A DNA stretch of 64,000 nt from NCBI GenBank assembly GCA_035463475.1, contig DATHTE010000014.1:2750-66749 (forward strand). Direction: 5' to 3'. Source of the stretch: Vicinamibacterales bacterium. Lineage in GTDB: Bacteria > Acidobacteriota > Vicinamibacteria > Vicinamibacterales > 2-12-FULL-66-21. The position numbers and the translations under genes are program-made. The notes below the pieces were generated by a model. The model ran no database searches and was not told where the DNA came from. It saw only the letters and a program-made list of their open reading frames with translations. Positions 8,000 through 18,063 of the stretch are shown here, piece after piece (within the stretch, counting starts at the first letter, position 1; every line of letters begins with the position of its first letter).

Positions 8000-9145
8000 C
8001 TATTGTAGCGCGGTGGCGTCGGGCTGGGGAAAACGCGGCATCTGAACGTGCGGCTCAGCCACGACGTTATACAGGGTGTCGCGCTCGATCGGCTCGCGGC
8101 CGGCGCGGGAGATGAGGCGGCGGATGTCGCCGGTGGACAGCGCCTCGGGCGTCCGCGCCCCGGCCATGTGATAAATGCGCTCTTCCTGCACCGTGCCGTC
8201 CAGGTCGTCCACGCCGAACCACAGCGAGGCCTGCGCGACGTCGATGCCCGTGGCGATCCAGAACGCCTTGACGTGCGGGATGTTGTCGCACACCAGCCGC
8301 GCGACGGCGTGCACGCGGAGCGTGTCGGACGCCGGAGGGGGCGGCAGCTTGCGCATCTGGTTGTTGTCGGGATGGAACGCGAGCGGGATGAACGCCTGGA
8401 AGCCGCCCGTCTCGTCCTGCAGGGCGCGCGCGCGGAGCATGTGATCGACCCGCTCCGCCATCGTCTCGATGTGGCCGTACAGCATGGTCACGTTCGAGCG
8501 CATGCCGAGGCGGTGCGCCAGCCGGTGGATGGCGAGATAGCGGTCCGCGTCGCACTTGTCGTGGCAGATCTTCTTGCGCACGCGCTCGGCGAACACCTCG
8601 GCGCCCCCGCCCGGAAGCGAGTCCAGCCCCGCTTCCATCAGCTCGCGGAGCACCTGCTCGTCGGACATGCCGAACAGATCCGCGAAGAACGCGATCTCGA
8701 CCGCCGTAAAACACTTCAGATGGATGTCCGGACGGATGCGCTTGAACCCGCGGAGCAGCTCCTTGTAGTAGTCGAACGGCAGGTCCGGATGGAGTCCGTT
8801 GACGATGTGGATCTCCGTGAGCGGCTGGTCGGCGCGGACGCGCAACTTCTGCCACGCCTGTTCGAGGCTCATGGTGTAGGCGTGCTCGTCGCCCGGCTTC
8901 AGCCGCGCGAACGAGCAGAACAGGCAGCTCGCGACGCAGACGTTGGTCGCCTCGATCCGGATGTTGTAGTTGTAGTAGGTGCGCGCGCCGTGCAGGCGCT
9001 CGCGCTCCCGGTTGGCCAGCCAGCCGACGGCCAGCAGGTCAGGACACTCGAACAGCCTGACGCCGTCCTCGAGCGTCAGCCGCTCGCGCGAGCCGAGCTT
9101 CCCGGCGATGTCGAGGAGACCGGCGGACGTGAGACGGCTACGCAA
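8000..9145 (-). CDS. mqnE: Radical-SAM menaquinone (futalosine pathway) enzyme, MqnE/MqnC family, probably aminofutalosine synthase
   Basis: It has the CxxxCxxC motif NVCVASCLFCSFARLKPGDEHAYTM and a CofH-like layout. The MqnE versus MqnC assignment comes from memory of family motifs only. Confidence 0.6.
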   Translation of the reverse strand: MRSRLTSAGLLDIAGKLGSRERLTLEDGVRLFECPDLLAVGWLANRERERLHGARTYYNYNIRIEATNVCVASCLFCSFARLKPGDEHAYTMSLEQAWQKLRVRADQPLTEIHIVNGLHPDLPFDYYKELLRGFKRIRPDIHLKCFTAVEIAFFADLFGMSDEQVLRELMEAGLDSLPGGGAEVFAERVRKKICHDKCDADRYLAIHRLAHRLGMRSNVTMLYGHIETMAERVDHMLRARALQDETGGFQAFIPLAFHPDNNQMRKLPPPPASDTLRVHAVARLVCDNIPHVKAFWIATGIDVAQASLWFGVDDLDGTVQEERIYHMAGARTPEALSTGDIRRLISRAGREPIERDTLYNVVAEPHVQMPRFPQPDATALQ

Positions 9146-9644
9146 GGCCCATGACCTGCACGCGCAGCGTTCGCGCGCGCGGCCCGTCGAGTTCCGCCAT
9201 CAGCACGCGCTGCCACTGTCCGAGCACCACCTCGCCCGCGGTGACCTGCAGCGTGAGGCTGTGCCCCAGCAGCAGCGCGCGCAGGTGCGCATCCGCGTTC
9301 TTGCGGTCGCAGTCGGAGTGCTGCGGGTCATTGTGCAGCCACTCGGCATCGTGCGCCACGAGGCCGGCGATGTACTGCTTCATGTCCGAGAGGAGCGCCC
9401 GCTGGAACTCGTTGACGAAGACGGCGCAGGTCGTGTGCATCGCCCAGACGTGCACGATGCCCTCCCGGACGCCGGCGCGGCGCACGATCGACATGACGCG
9501 CTCGGTGAGATCCGTCAGCTCGATCCGCTCCCGCGTCTCGACGGCCACCGTTTCACTGTGGATCCTCAGACCGCTGGCGGACGCTGCGACGTCGCTGATG
9601 GGCGTCGACCGCACGGTAGACGCGGAAGACCTGCTCATGAGCAC
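9138..9644 (-). CDS. YjbQ/UPF0047 family protein (secondary thiamine-phosphate synthase-like)
   Basis: IELTDLTERV..GIVHVWAMHTTCAVFVNE..DAHLRALLLGHSLTLQV..GEVVLGQWQRV. The N-terminal ~25 aa may not be translated. Confidence 0.75.
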   Translation of the reverse strand: MLMSRSSASTVRSTPISDVAASASGLRIHSETVAVETRERIELTDLTERVMSIVRRAGVREGIVHVWAMHTTCAVFVNEFQRALLSDMKQYIAGLVAHDAEWLHNDPQHSDCDRKNADAHLRALLLGHSLTLQVTAGEVVLGQWQRVLMAELDGPRARTLRVQVMGLA

Positions 9645-9699
9645 CCCACGGTCGGGCGCGGAACCACCGGCCCGACCTCTGATTCTGCCATGCTATACT

Positions 9700-9900
9700 C
9701 CGGCTGACAACTGAACCGGCTTCCGCCCCGCGGCCACGCGAAGTGGGTGCAAACCCCACACGGTGCCGCCACTGTGAGCGGTCGAGCGGCCTCCACGCGC
9801 GGTCCTCCCGGATCGCGCAGCCACTGTGCGCGCTGGCGCATGGGAAGGCGGAGAGGCCGCAGAGTCCGCAAGTCAGGATACCTGGCCGACGGGGCGCTTC
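9700..9900 (+). promoter_or_regulatory. Cobalamin (B12) riboswitch in the 5' leader of the TonB-dependent receptor
   Basis: The conserved core gaaGTGGGTGCAAACCCCACacGGTGCCGCCACTGTgAGCGG lies at 9741..9782. A B12 box AAGTCAGGATACCTGGCC lies at 9870..9887. A possible anti-SD segment sits upstream of the GAAGGAGG RBS. The outer boundaries are approximate. Confidence 0.75.
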
Positions 9901-9935
9901 TTGATCGGCGCGAGATCACGCCGAAGGAGGCGCAC

Positions 9936-12197
9936 GTGCTTCGCTCGGTCTCCACGACATTCAGCCTCGTCGTTCTTGCTGTCCTGCTGTCACATCCGCT
10001 CCCGGCGCGCGCGCAATCTGCCGCGTTCGGCGGCGCCCTCCGCGGCGCCGTGATCGATCCTGATGGCCGGCCCGTTCCGGGCGCGGAGGTCCTGGTCACC
10101 GCGCGCGCCGCGGTCGTGGCGCGCGCGACAACCGACGAGTCGGGGGCGTTTGCGGTGACGGACCTGCCGCCGGATCGATACGAGATCCGTGTCGCGCGCG
10201 ACGGGTTCCGCGCGGAACCGGTCGCGTTGGACCTTGCGGTCGGCGACAGCAGGACGCTGACGCTCCGCCTGCAGGTCAGCGCCATCAGCGAAGTCGTCGT
10301 CGTCTCCGCGGCGCAGGTCGATCTGCCGCTGTCGAGGACGCCGGCGGCGACCACCGTCATCCCGCGGGTGGAACTTCGAGCCTTGCAGCAGAACACGATC
10401 GCGGCGGCGCTCCGCCGCGTGCCCGGGATCAGCATCGCCCGAAACGGCGGCGAAGGGTCCGTCACGAGCCTGTTCTCGCGCGGGGGCGAATCCGATTTCA
10501 CGGCGGTCCTTATCGACGACGTGCCGGTGAACGCGTTCGGGGGCGGTTTCGATTTCGGCCATCTCACGACCGGCGACGTGGAGCGCGTCGAGGTGGTGCG
10601 CGGCCCGCAGAGCGCGCTTTGGAGCGGCGGCGCGATCGGCGGCACCATCCAGATCGTGACGCGCAAGGACGCAGGGCGCGCGCTCGACGCGTCCGCCGAA
10701 GCAGGGTCCCGCGCGTTTCGACGACTGTCGGCGTCGGCGGGCCTGCCCGCGGGCGAGTGGCGCGTTTCGCTCGGCGGGGAACGCTCCTCGTCTCGCGGTT
10801 TTACCGGGCCGAGTGCCGCGGGCGAGCCGGTGGCCAATGACGACTGGCGCTCCGAGCACCTGAGCGCCGGCCTTACGCGCGGCGGCGCCACCCGCGTCAC
10901 CGTTTCGTCACGCCTGGAGCGGAGCGAGCGCGGGAACCCGGGCCCGTTCGGGTCCGACCCCGGAGGCACCTACGGCGGCGTGGATCGCGTCTCGCGCGGC
11001 ACGAACCGCTCGCTGCTGCTTGGCGGCTCGGTCTCCCGCGCGTTCGGACGCGTGCGGCCTGGCGGTCGGATCTCCTGGTTCCGCCTCGAGAGCGACTACG
11101 CGAGCCCGTTCGGAGCGTCGGACCTGACCTCGCACCGGCTGATCGCGCGCGGACATGCGGACCTCCGGCTCACGCGACGGATCGACGCGACCGCCGGCGC
11201 GGAGTGGCTGCACGAGCAGGCGACGAGCACCTACATCACCGGAGCCAGTGGAACGCCGGTACCGGTCCGGCGCAGCGTGGCCTCGGCGTTTGGCGAGGCG
11301 CGTGTTGAAGCGGGAAACGCGTTTCTCACCGCCGGATTGCGCGCGGAAGCGATCCACCGCGCGACGCTGGATGCCGACCCGAACGCCTTCTCGCCGCGCC
11401 CCGTGCTTCCGGCAAACACCGAGCTTGCAGTCACTCCGCGGCTCTCGGCGTCGTGGTTCGTGCGTCCCGGGAACGCCCGCGGCGAGTGGACCCGCATCCG
11501 CGCGAGCGCCGGGCTGGGCATCCGGCCGCCGGATGTGTTCGAGCTGGCGTTCACCGACAATCCGGGCCTCGCGCCGGAGCGCACCACGAGCCTCGAGGCG
11601 GGAGTCGAGCACGCGATTGCCGGCGGCCGGCTCGTCGCCGAAGCCACGGCGTTCCTGAACCGGTACGACGACCTCATCGTCGCCATCGGGCGATCGCTGA
11701 GCGACGTGAGCCGCTACCAGAGCGACAATGTGTCCAACGCGCGCTCGCGAGGCATCGAGGCGCTGGTTGCCGCGCGCACGCGCCACGGCTTCCGCGCGTC
11801 GGCGGCGTACACGCTCCTCGATGCAGAAGTGCTGGCGGTGGACCGCCTCGGCGTCGCGCCTCCGCCGTTCGTTCCCGGGGACTCGCTGCTCCGGCGCCCG
11901 CGTCACCAGTTCTGGGCCGATGCGAGCTGGACGGGATCGAAGGCGAGCGCCTTCCTCTCGCTCGGCGCGCGCGGACGTACGCTCGACGTCGATCCGAGCG
12001 CGGGCGCGTTCGGAGGACTGTTCACGAACAGCGGGTACGCGTCCGCCGACGCTGGCGTCGCGTGGCGGGTGACGCCGGTCCTGGAGATCTTCGGCCGCGT
12101 GACAAACCTTGCTGACCGGAGGTACGAGGAGGTGCTGGGCTTCCCGGCCGCGGGCCGCAGTGCGTACGCAGGCGTGCGCATCGCGGCCCGCCGGTAA
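9936..12197 (+). CDS. TonB-dependent outer-membrane receptor (corrinoid uptake inferred from the riboswitch), with N-terminal carboxypeptidase-regulatory-like domain
   Basis: GTG start at 9936, 6 nt after GAAGGAGG. The signal peptide is MLRSVSTTFSLVVLAVLLSHPLPARAQS. Plug motifs (NTIAAALRRVPGISI, VEVVRGPQSALWG) are followed by a long beta-barrel. Confidence 0.85.
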   Translation: MLRSVSTTFSLVVLAVLLSHPLPARAQSAAFGGALRGAVIDPDGRPVPGAEVLVTARAAVVARATTDESGAFAVTDLPPDRYEIRVARDGFRAEPVALDLAVGDSRTLTLRLQVSAISEVVVVSAAQVDLPLSRTPAATTVIPRVELRALQQNTIAAALRRVPGISIARNGGEGSVTSLFSRGGESDFTAVLIDDVPVNAFGGGFDFGHLTTGDVERVEVVRGPQSALWSGGAIGGTIQIVTRKDAGRALDASAEAGSRAFRRLSASAGLPAGEWRVSLGGERSSSRGFTGPSAAGEPVANDDWRSEHLSAGLTRGGATRVTVSSRLERSERGNPGPFGSDPGGTYGGVDRVSRGTNRSLLLGGSVSRAFGRVRPGGRISWFRLESDYASPFGASDLTSHRLIARGHADLRLTRRIDATAGAEWLHEQATSTYITGASGTPVPVRRSVASAFGEARVEAGNAFLTAGLRAEAIHRATLDADPNAFSPRPVLPANTELAVTPRLSASWFVRPGNARGEWTRIRASAGLGIRPPDVFELAFTDNPGLAPERTTSLEAGVEHAIAGGRLVAEATAFLNRYDDLIVAIGRSLSDVSRYQSDNVSNARSRGIEALVAARTRHGFRASAAYTLLDAEVLAVDRLGVAPPPFVPGDSLLRRPRHQFWADASWTGSKASAFLSLGARGRTLDVDPSAGAFGGLFTNSGYASADAGVAWRVTPVLEIFGRVTNLADRRYEEVLGFPAAGRSAYAGVRIAARR

Positions 12198-12229
12198 TCC
12201 CGAACGGGATCGGCGGGGATCCTCCATCC

Positions 12230-13042
12230 ATGCTTCGAGCCGACGACGTGTCGTTCGCCTACGAGCGCGGCACCCCTGTTCTACGGGGTGTCTCGTTCGC
12301 TGCGGCGCCGAGCGAGATCGTCGGCATCCTCGGGCCGAACGGCTCCGGAAAGACGACGCTGCTCAAGGTGCTCGCGCGGCTGCTGCCGCCGCAGTCCGGC
12401 CGCGTGACGCTGGACGGCCGCCCGCTGTCGGACGTGGGCCGGCGCGCGATTGCACGACGCATGAGCGTCGTGGCCCAGGAAACGCACCTGGCGTTCGACT
12501 ACTCGGTGCTCGAGGTCGTGCTCATGGGGCGTTACGCGCATCTGGGCGCCTTCGAGCTCGAAGGACCGGACGACTTCGCGGCCGCCCGCGCGGCGCTCGC
12601 CATCACGGGCACCGCGCAGTTCGAGCGGCGGCCGTTCAGCTCGCTGAGCGGCGGCGAGAAGCAGCGCGTGGTGATCGCGTCCGCGCTGGCGCAGCTCGAT
12701 CGGCCGCCCGAGGAGGAGGCTGGCGCCTCGTACCTGCTGCTCGACGAGCCCACGGCGTCCCTGGATCTCGGCTTTCAGCTGGACGTTCTCGGGCTGCTGC
12801 GAAAGCTGCACGCCGATCGTCAGCTCGGCATCGTCGTGTCGATTCACGATCTGAATCTGGCGGCGGGGTTGTGCGACCGCCTGGTGCTCTTGCGGGAGGG
12901 GCGTGTGCTGGCGGACGGTCCCACCCGAGACGTGCTGACACCGGACCACATCCGCGCGCTCTATGGCGTCGAGGCGGAGGTGCTGCCGCACGACGCCGCC
13001 GGTCATCCGGTGATCGTGCCGCTGAAGAGGACTGCGACGTGA
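12230..13042 (+). CDS. ABC transporter ATP-binding protein (FecE/BtuD-type)
   Basis: Walker A GPNGSGKTT, signature LSGGEKQR and Walker B LLLDEPT. Confidence 0.9.
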   Translation: MLRADDVSFAYERGTPVLRGVSFAAAPSEIVGILGPNGSGKTTLLKVLARLLPPQSGRVTLDGRPLSDVGRRAIARRMSVVAQETHLAFDYSVLEVVLMGRYAHLGAFELEGPDDFAAARAALAITGTAQFERRPFSSLSGGEKQRVVIASALAQLDRPPEEEAGASYLLLDEPTASLDLGFQLDVLGLLRKLHADRQLGIVVSIHDLNLAAGLCDRLVLLREGRVLADGPTRDVLTPDHIRALYGVEAEVLPHDAAGHPVIVPLKRTAT

Positions 13043-14040
13043 ACCGGGGCAGGCTGCTGCGGATCGTCGTGCTGTTCGGCGTGCCGGCGCTGCTCGTCTG
13101 GCTCATTGCGCCCACGCTGGGGTCGGTGCGGGTGAGCATTCTCCGGGCGCTCGACACGTCCATTCCCTTCGATCGCAACGTGGACGCGCAGATCCTGTTC
13201 GTCGCACGGCTGCCGCGCACGGTCGCCGGGATCGTGGTGGGTGCGGCGCTCGCCGCCGCCGGCGTCGTCTTCCAGGGTTTGCTCCGGAATCCGCTCGCGA
13301 CTCCGTACACGCTCGGCGTGTCGGCCGGTGCAGCGCTGGGCGCGATGCTGGCGATCACGCTTCGCTGGACCATCGCGGCGGGCCCGTACTCGGCAGTGCC
13401 GCTCGCAGCCTTCGCCGGGTCGCTCGCCGCCGTGATGGTCGTCTACGGGCTCGCGACGATGCGCGCGCGACGCGCGCTGTCCACGCACGTGCTGCTGCTG
13501 GCCGGCGTCACGCTCAACTCGTTCTTCTCGGCGCTGATCCTCTGCGTGCAGTACTTCGCGAGCTTTGCCGACGCGTTCAGAGCGATCCGGTGGCTCATGG
13601 GCGACCTGGACATCAGCAGCTACAGGCCGATCGGGGCGGCGCTCCCGCTGCTGGCCGTGGCAGGCATCGCGTTCGCGTGGCTGCCGCGCGCGCTGAACGT
13701 GCTGACGTTCGGCGCCGAGGCGGCCGAAGCGCGCGGCATCGACGTGACCCGCGCGCAGCGCGTCGCCTTCTTCAGCGCCTCGATGGCGACAGGCGCCGCC
13801 GTTTCCATCGGCGGGCCGATCGGGTTCGTCGGCATCATCGTGCCCCACCTCGTGCGGCTGCTGGTCGGCTCCGATCACCGGGCGGTGCTGATCGCGTCAG
13901 TACTGTTCGGCGGCGCGTTCCTGGTCGCGTGCGACACCATCGCGCGCACCGTTCTGGCGCCGATCGAGCTGCCGGTGGGGGTCGTGACGGCGTTAATCGG
14001 AGGGCCTTTCTTCCTGTGGCTGCTCATCGCGAGGCGCTGA
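13039..14040 (+). CDS. FecCD/BtuC-family ABC permease
   Basis: The GTG start overlaps the ATPase stop (GTGA). The protein is multi-pass hydrophobic with GAALAAAGVVFQGLLRNPLATPYTLGVSAGA. The track ORF 12109..14040 is a 5'-over-extension. Confidence 0.85.
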   Translation: MNRGRLLRIVVLFGVPALLVWLIAPTLGSVRVSILRALDTSIPFDRNVDAQILFVARLPRTVAGIVVGAALAAAGVVFQGLLRNPLATPYTLGVSAGAALGAMLAITLRWTIAAGPYSAVPLAAFAGSLAAVMVVYGLATMRARRALSTHVLLLAGVTLNSFFSALILCVQYFASFADAFRAIRWLMGDLDISSYRPIGAALPLLAVAGIAFAWLPRALNVLTFGAEAAEARGIDVTRAQRVAFFSASMATGAAVSIGGPIGFVGIIVPHLVRLLVGSDHRAVLIASVLFGGAFLVACDTIARTVLAPIELPVGVVTALIGGPFFLWLLIARR

Positions 14041-14924
14041 TGAGGCGAATCACCGTGGCGGCCATGCTGGCCTCATGGGGCCTGTCACCAATTGTCCTCA
14101 TAACCGGACAATTGGTGACAGGCCCCGTCAAGCGCATCGTCTCGCTCGTACCGAACGTCACCGAAATACTCTTCGAAATCGGCGCCGGAGATCGGGTCGT
14201 GGGGGTCAGCAGCTTCGACACGTATCCGCCGGAGGTCCAGCGCCTCGCGCGCGTCGGCGGCCTGCTCGATCCCGACCTCGAGCGAGTGTTCGAGCTGCGC
14301 CCGGACCTGGTCGTCATCTACGCGTCGCAGGTGGAGCTTGCGCAGCAGCTCGCCCGCGCGGGGATATCAACCTACGTGTATCGCCACGGCGGGGTGGCGG
14401 ACGTTGTCGCGGCAATGCGCGAGCTGGGCACCATGCTGGGCATCGCCCCTCGCGCGGTGGAGGCGGCGCGCGAGCTGGAGCGGCGGCTCGAGGCGGTCCG
14501 TGCCAGCGTGCGCGGCAAGCCGCGGCCGCGCGTGCTGCTGGTGTTCGGGCGCGAGCCGGGCACGCTCCGCGCGGTTCACGCGAGCGGCGGGGTCGGCTTC
14601 CTGCACGACCTCGTCGAAATCGCGGGCGGACAGGACGTGTTCGCGGACATCGAGCGGGAATCAGTGCAGGCGTCCACCGAGCTGATCCTGGCGAGGGCGC
14701 CAGACGTGATCATCGAGGTGCACGCCGAGGGTCTCCTGAGCGACGAGACCGTCGCGCGCGAACGCGACGTCTGGCTGGCGTTGCCCGCCGTTCCGGCGGT
14801 GCGAAACGGCCGCGTTCACGTGCTCTCGGGGCAGGAGCTGGTCGTCCCCGGACCGCGGCTCGCCGTCGCCGCGGAACGAATCGCGGCGGCGATTCACGCC
14901 CCGGGGCGCAAGCGAGCGCGCTGA
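14040..14924 (+). CDS. Periplasmic substrate-binding protein (BtuF/FhuD-like, cluster A)
   Basis: The ATG overlaps the permease stop (TGATG). Signal peptide, then RIVSLVPNVTEILFEIGAGDRVVGVS and RPDLVVIY. Confidence 0.8.
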   Translation: MRRITVAAMLASWGLSPIVLITGQLVTGPVKRIVSLVPNVTEILFEIGAGDRVVGVSSFDTYPPEVQRLARVGGLLDPDLERVFELRPDLVVIYASQVELAQQLARAGISTYVYRHGGVADVVAAMRELGTMLGIAPRAVEAARELERRLEAVRASVRGKPRPRVLLVFGREPGTLRAVHASGGVGFLHDLVEIAGGQDVFADIERESVQASTELILARAPDVIIEVHAEGLLSDETVARERDVWLALPAVPAVRNGRVHVLSGQELVVPGPRLAVAAERIAAAIHAPGRKRAR

Positions 14925-15088
14925 GGCAGGGCGAAATCGCGGGACACCAAGACGCACAGGCGCGGAGAGAAAAGGCCAACTCGCCCGCGCGTTCGCGCCG
15001 CCAGGGCGTCGTCCTCTGTGCGTCTCTGCGTCCTCTGCTCTGCGGTGGCGTTTGTTCTCCGCGACCTCGCCAGCCGTCTCCACGGCCT

Positions 15089-15913
15089 TTACGCAAAGTC
15101 GACCGGCACTCTCCTCGGAATCAGTCCCTTCTCGAACGCCTCCTCGAACAGCCGGCGCACCGCGGCGCGCCCGCGGTCGCCGTAGTCCAGCGTGAGCTGG
15201 TTCACGTACATGCCGACGAAGCGATCGGTCCGGTTCCGGTCGAGGCCGCGGCCGAACTGCTGCGCGTACGCCACCGCCTGGTTGCGATGGGAGAGCGCGT
15301 AGGCAATGCTGTCATGAAGCAGGCGTGAAACCTCGCGTATCGCGTCCGGCCCGAGGTCCCGGCGGATGACGTTCCCCCCAAGCGGCAGCGGCAGCCCTCC
15401 CGTACGATCGGCCCACCACTCGCCCAGATCGACGATCTTGCGGAGCCCCTCGTCCGCGTACGTGAGCTGCCCTTCGTGAATCAGGAGGCCGGCCGCCACG
15501 CGGCCGTCGCGCACGGCGTCCTGGATGCGATCGAAGGGCATCACTTCGTACTCGAACGCGGGCTGGTAAAGGCGCAACACCAGGAACGCCGTCGTGAGCG
15601 TGCCCGGTACCGCCACCTTGATACCGTCGAGCGACCGTGGCCCATCCGCTCGCGCCACCAGTACCGGACCGTAGCGATCGCCCATGCTGGCGCCGTGCGG
15701 CAGCAGCGCGTAACGGTCGAACAGGTGCGCGTAGGCGTGGAAGGACACCGCGGTCACTTCGTAGCGCCCCTCGAAGGCCGCGCGGTTGAGCGATTCGATG
15801 TCGGAGAGGACCTGGGCGATCTCGTACGGCCCGGCGGCAATCGCGCCGCTCGCCAGGCCGTAGAACATGAACGCGTCGTCCGAGTCCGGGCTGTGGGCAA
15901 CCGTGATCTTCAC
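15089..15913 (-). CDS. MqnA/MqnD-family menaquinone biosynthesis protein (MqnD-like 1,4-dihydroxy-6-naphthoate synthase)
   Basis: MKITVAHSPDSDDAFMFYGLASG resembles the SPCPNDTFxFYAL N-terminus of MqnD. 274 aa with a periplasmic-binding-protein-like fold pattern. Confidence 0.55.
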   Translation of the reverse strand: MKITVAHSPDSDDAFMFYGLASGAIAAGPYEIAQVLSDIESLNRAAFEGRYEVTAVSFHAYAHLFDRYALLPHGASMGDRYGPVLVARADGPRSLDGIKVAVPGTLTTAFLVLRLYQPAFEYEVMPFDRIQDAVRDGRVAAGLLIHEGQLTYADEGLRKIVDLGEWWADRTGGLPLPLGGNVIRRDLGPDAIREVSRLLHDSIAYALSHRNQAVAYAQQFGRGLDRNRTDRFVGMYVNQLTLDYGDRGRAAVRRLFEEAFEKGLIPRRVPVDFA

Positions 15914-15916
15914 GCG

Positions 15917-16363
15917 CTAATGTCTGTCGTTGTTCTTGTTCTTTTCCATCGCCCACTTGATCAGCGCGGCGACGGCGCCGGGGATGTCCGCCGCGGGCGC
16001 GCGGAACTCCTGGGGCGTGACGACCGAGAGGAACTCCTGGTGGGTCATGCCGCCGTACCTGACCGGCGCGCTCGTCACGTTCTCGCCTTCGACGAACAGC
16101 TCGAGACGCGGCGCCTGCCCGTACACGTTGATGTAGTACTCGAGGCGCAGCCTGTCCTTCGACTGTCGTGCCGCGGGCTGGGCGGCGAGCCGGCGTCGAA
16201 TGCGCGTGAGCGACACCGGAAGCTCGTCACGCTGATCGCTTCCGCCTGCCAGCGCGCGGCTGCGCGCCGAGGCTGTTTCCGTCTCCTGCGACGGCTGCGC
16301 GAAACTCGCCTGTGGCGCCGCGAGCGCGGAGACGAAAACGAGGCAGACGAGGCTGTGCACCAT
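15917..16363 (-). CDS. Hypothetical secreted protein
   Basis: Start taken at MVHSLVCLVFVSALAAPQASFA (signal peptide), directly after the stop of the upstream desulfurase gene. I recognise no family. Confidence 0.45.
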   Translation of the reverse strand: MVHSLVCLVFVSALAAPQASFAQPSQETETASARSRALAGGSDQRDELPVSLTRIRRRLAAQPAARQSKDRLRLEYYINVYGQAPRLELFVEGENVTSAPVRYGGMTHQEFLSVVTPQEFRAPAADIPGAVAALIKWAMEKNKNNDRH

Positions 16364-16364
16364 C

Positions 16365-17528
16365 TTAGCGGCCGATCCCCAGCCGGGACGCTTTCTCACG
16401 GAGCTGGGTCACCGCGCGGACCACGCGATCGGCCGCGACATCCACGTCTTCGTCAGTCGTAAAGCGACCCAGCCCGAACCGAATGGACGCGCGCGCAAGA
16501 TCGTCGCCGACCCCGAGCGCCGTGAGCACGTGTGACGGCGCCTCGCTCGCCGACGCGCACGCCGAGCCGGTCGAAACCGCGATGTCCCCAAGGCTCATGA
16601 GCAGCGCCTCGGGCTCGACACGTTCGAAGCCGACGTTGAGATTGTGCGGCAAGCGCCGTTCCAGAGAACCGTTGACGACGACGCCGTCCAGCTCGCGCAG
16701 CCGCGCCAGCAGCCGATCCCGGAGCGCTCGCAGGCGCGTCGCCTCGGCCTCGGCCTCCTCGGCACAGAGCTCGGCTGCCTTCCCGAACCCGACAATGCCC
16801 GGCACGTTGAGGGTTCCGGACCGGAGTCCGTGCTCGTGCTTTCCTCCGTGGAGGAGCGGCGCAATCGCCACCGGCGGTTTCCGCCGGCGGACCACGAGCG
16901 CGCCGACGCCTTTCGGGCCGTAGATCTTGTGCGCCGAGAGTGACGCGAGATCCACTCCGAGCGTGCTGACGTTGAACGGGATCTTCCCGGCCGCCTGCAC
17001 CGCATCGGTATGGAACGTCACTCCGCGGCTGGCCGCGATCGCGGCCGCTTCGCTGATCGGCTGGAGGACTCCGATCTCGTTGTTCGCGGCCATGACGCTC
17101 ACGACGATGGTGCGGTCGTCGATCGCCTCCTGGAGTCGATCGAGATCGATCAGGCCGTCGGGCTGAACGGGCAGGAAGGTGACACGGAAGCCTTCCTCCT
17201 GGAGGTATCTCGCCGTGTCTATCACCGAGCTGTGCTCGGTCGCCACCGTGACGATGTGATCGCCGCGCGTGCGGCTGGCGCGGGCGACGCCCTGCAGCGC
17301 GAGGTTGTTCGCCTCCGAGCCGCCGCTCGTGAAGCAGACCTCCCGCGCGGTCGCCCCGACCAGCCGCGCCACCTGTTCGCGCGCCTGCTGAACGGCGTCG
17401 GCCGCGTCCCACCCGTACGCGTGGGTCTTGCTCGACGGGTTGCCGAACGTCTCACAGAAAAACGGCAGCATCGCGTCGCAGACGCGACGATCGACAGGGG
17501 TCGTTGCGTGATAGTCGAGATACCGCAT
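16365..17528 (-). CDS. Class I (IscS/NifS-like) cysteine desulfurase
   Basis: PLP-lysine region [12 protein letters not shown] and active-site loop [17 protein letters not shown]. 387 aa. Confidence 0.85.
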   Translation of the reverse strand: MRYLDYHATTPVDRRVCDAMLPFFCETFGNPSSKTHAYGWDAADAVQQAREQVARLVGATAREVCFTSGGSEANNLALQGVARASRTRGDHIVTVATEHSSVIDTARYLQEEGFRVTFLPVQPDGLIDLDRLQEAIDDRTIVVSVMAANNEIGVLQPISEAAAIAASRGVTFHTDAVQAAGKIPFNVSTLGVDLASLSAHKIYGPKGVGALVVRRRKPPVAIAPLLHGGKHEHGLRSGTLNVPGIVGFGKAAELCAEEAEAEATRLRALRDRLLARLRELDGVVVNGSLERRLPHNLNVGFERVEPEALLMSLGDIAVSTGSACASASEAPSHVLTALGVGDDLARASIRFGLGRFTTDEDVDVAADRVVRAVTQLREKASRLGIGR

Positions 17529-17606
17529 GACGTAATGTTTCAGTTTACTTGACGGGGAGCGTCATGCGAAGGCCGAAGGCCGGATGCACAAGGCCGAATG
17601 GGAGCC

Positions 17607-18011
17607 CTACCAGAGCCCCAGTTGAAGCTTCGCCGCTTCGGACATCCGGTCCTTCGTCCAGGGGGGCTCCCAGACGATTTCGACGCGTGCGCTTCGAACA
17701 CCCGGGACCCGCTGCACCTTCTCGCGCACTTCGACCGGCAGGGACTGCGCCGCGGGGCACGCCGGCGCCGTCAGCGTCATCCGGATCCCCACGTTGGCGT
17801 CCGCATCGACGAGGACGTCGTAGATCAGACCGAGCTCGTAGATGTTCACCGGGATCTCCGGATCGAACACGGTCTTCATCGCGTCCAGGACGGCGGGGCG
17901 GAGCTCCGCGGTTTTCGCGGGGTCGGGGACGAGATCGGCAATCGACTCGCTGGGAACCGAGTCTGCGTCGGGAGCGGCAAAAGGATCTGGAATCACGGGA
18001 AAGTTCTTCAT
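17607..18011 (-). CDS. sufT: DUF59/SufT-type Fe-S assembly protein
   Basis: VFDPEIPVNIYELGLIYDV..TLTAPACPAA, 134 aa, in the suf operon. Confidence 0.8.
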   Translation of the reverse strand: MKNFPVIPDPFAAPDADSVPSESIADLVPDPAKTAELRPAVLDAMKTVFDPEIPVNIYELGLIYDVLVDADANVGIRMTLTAPACPAAQSLPVEVREKVQRVPGVRSARVEIVWEPPWTKDRMSEAAKLQLGLW

Positions 18012-18063
18012 GCGTTAAGTCGGCATGGCAGGCCTGAAGGCCCGCGCTACACGTCTCCGCACG

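Noticed and set aside
9635-12227. Two long minus-strand ORFs (9635..10969 and 10908..12227)
   Set aside because: Both are antisense to the TonB-dependent receptor and overlap the riboswitch. Their composition is Arg/Ser/Pro-rich shadow-frame.
12109-14040. 643-aa plus-strand ORF as a single protein
   Set aside because: Its first ~310 codons are an out-of-frame overlap of the ABC ATPase gene. The permease sequence begins at GTG 13039, which is coupled to the ATPase stop.
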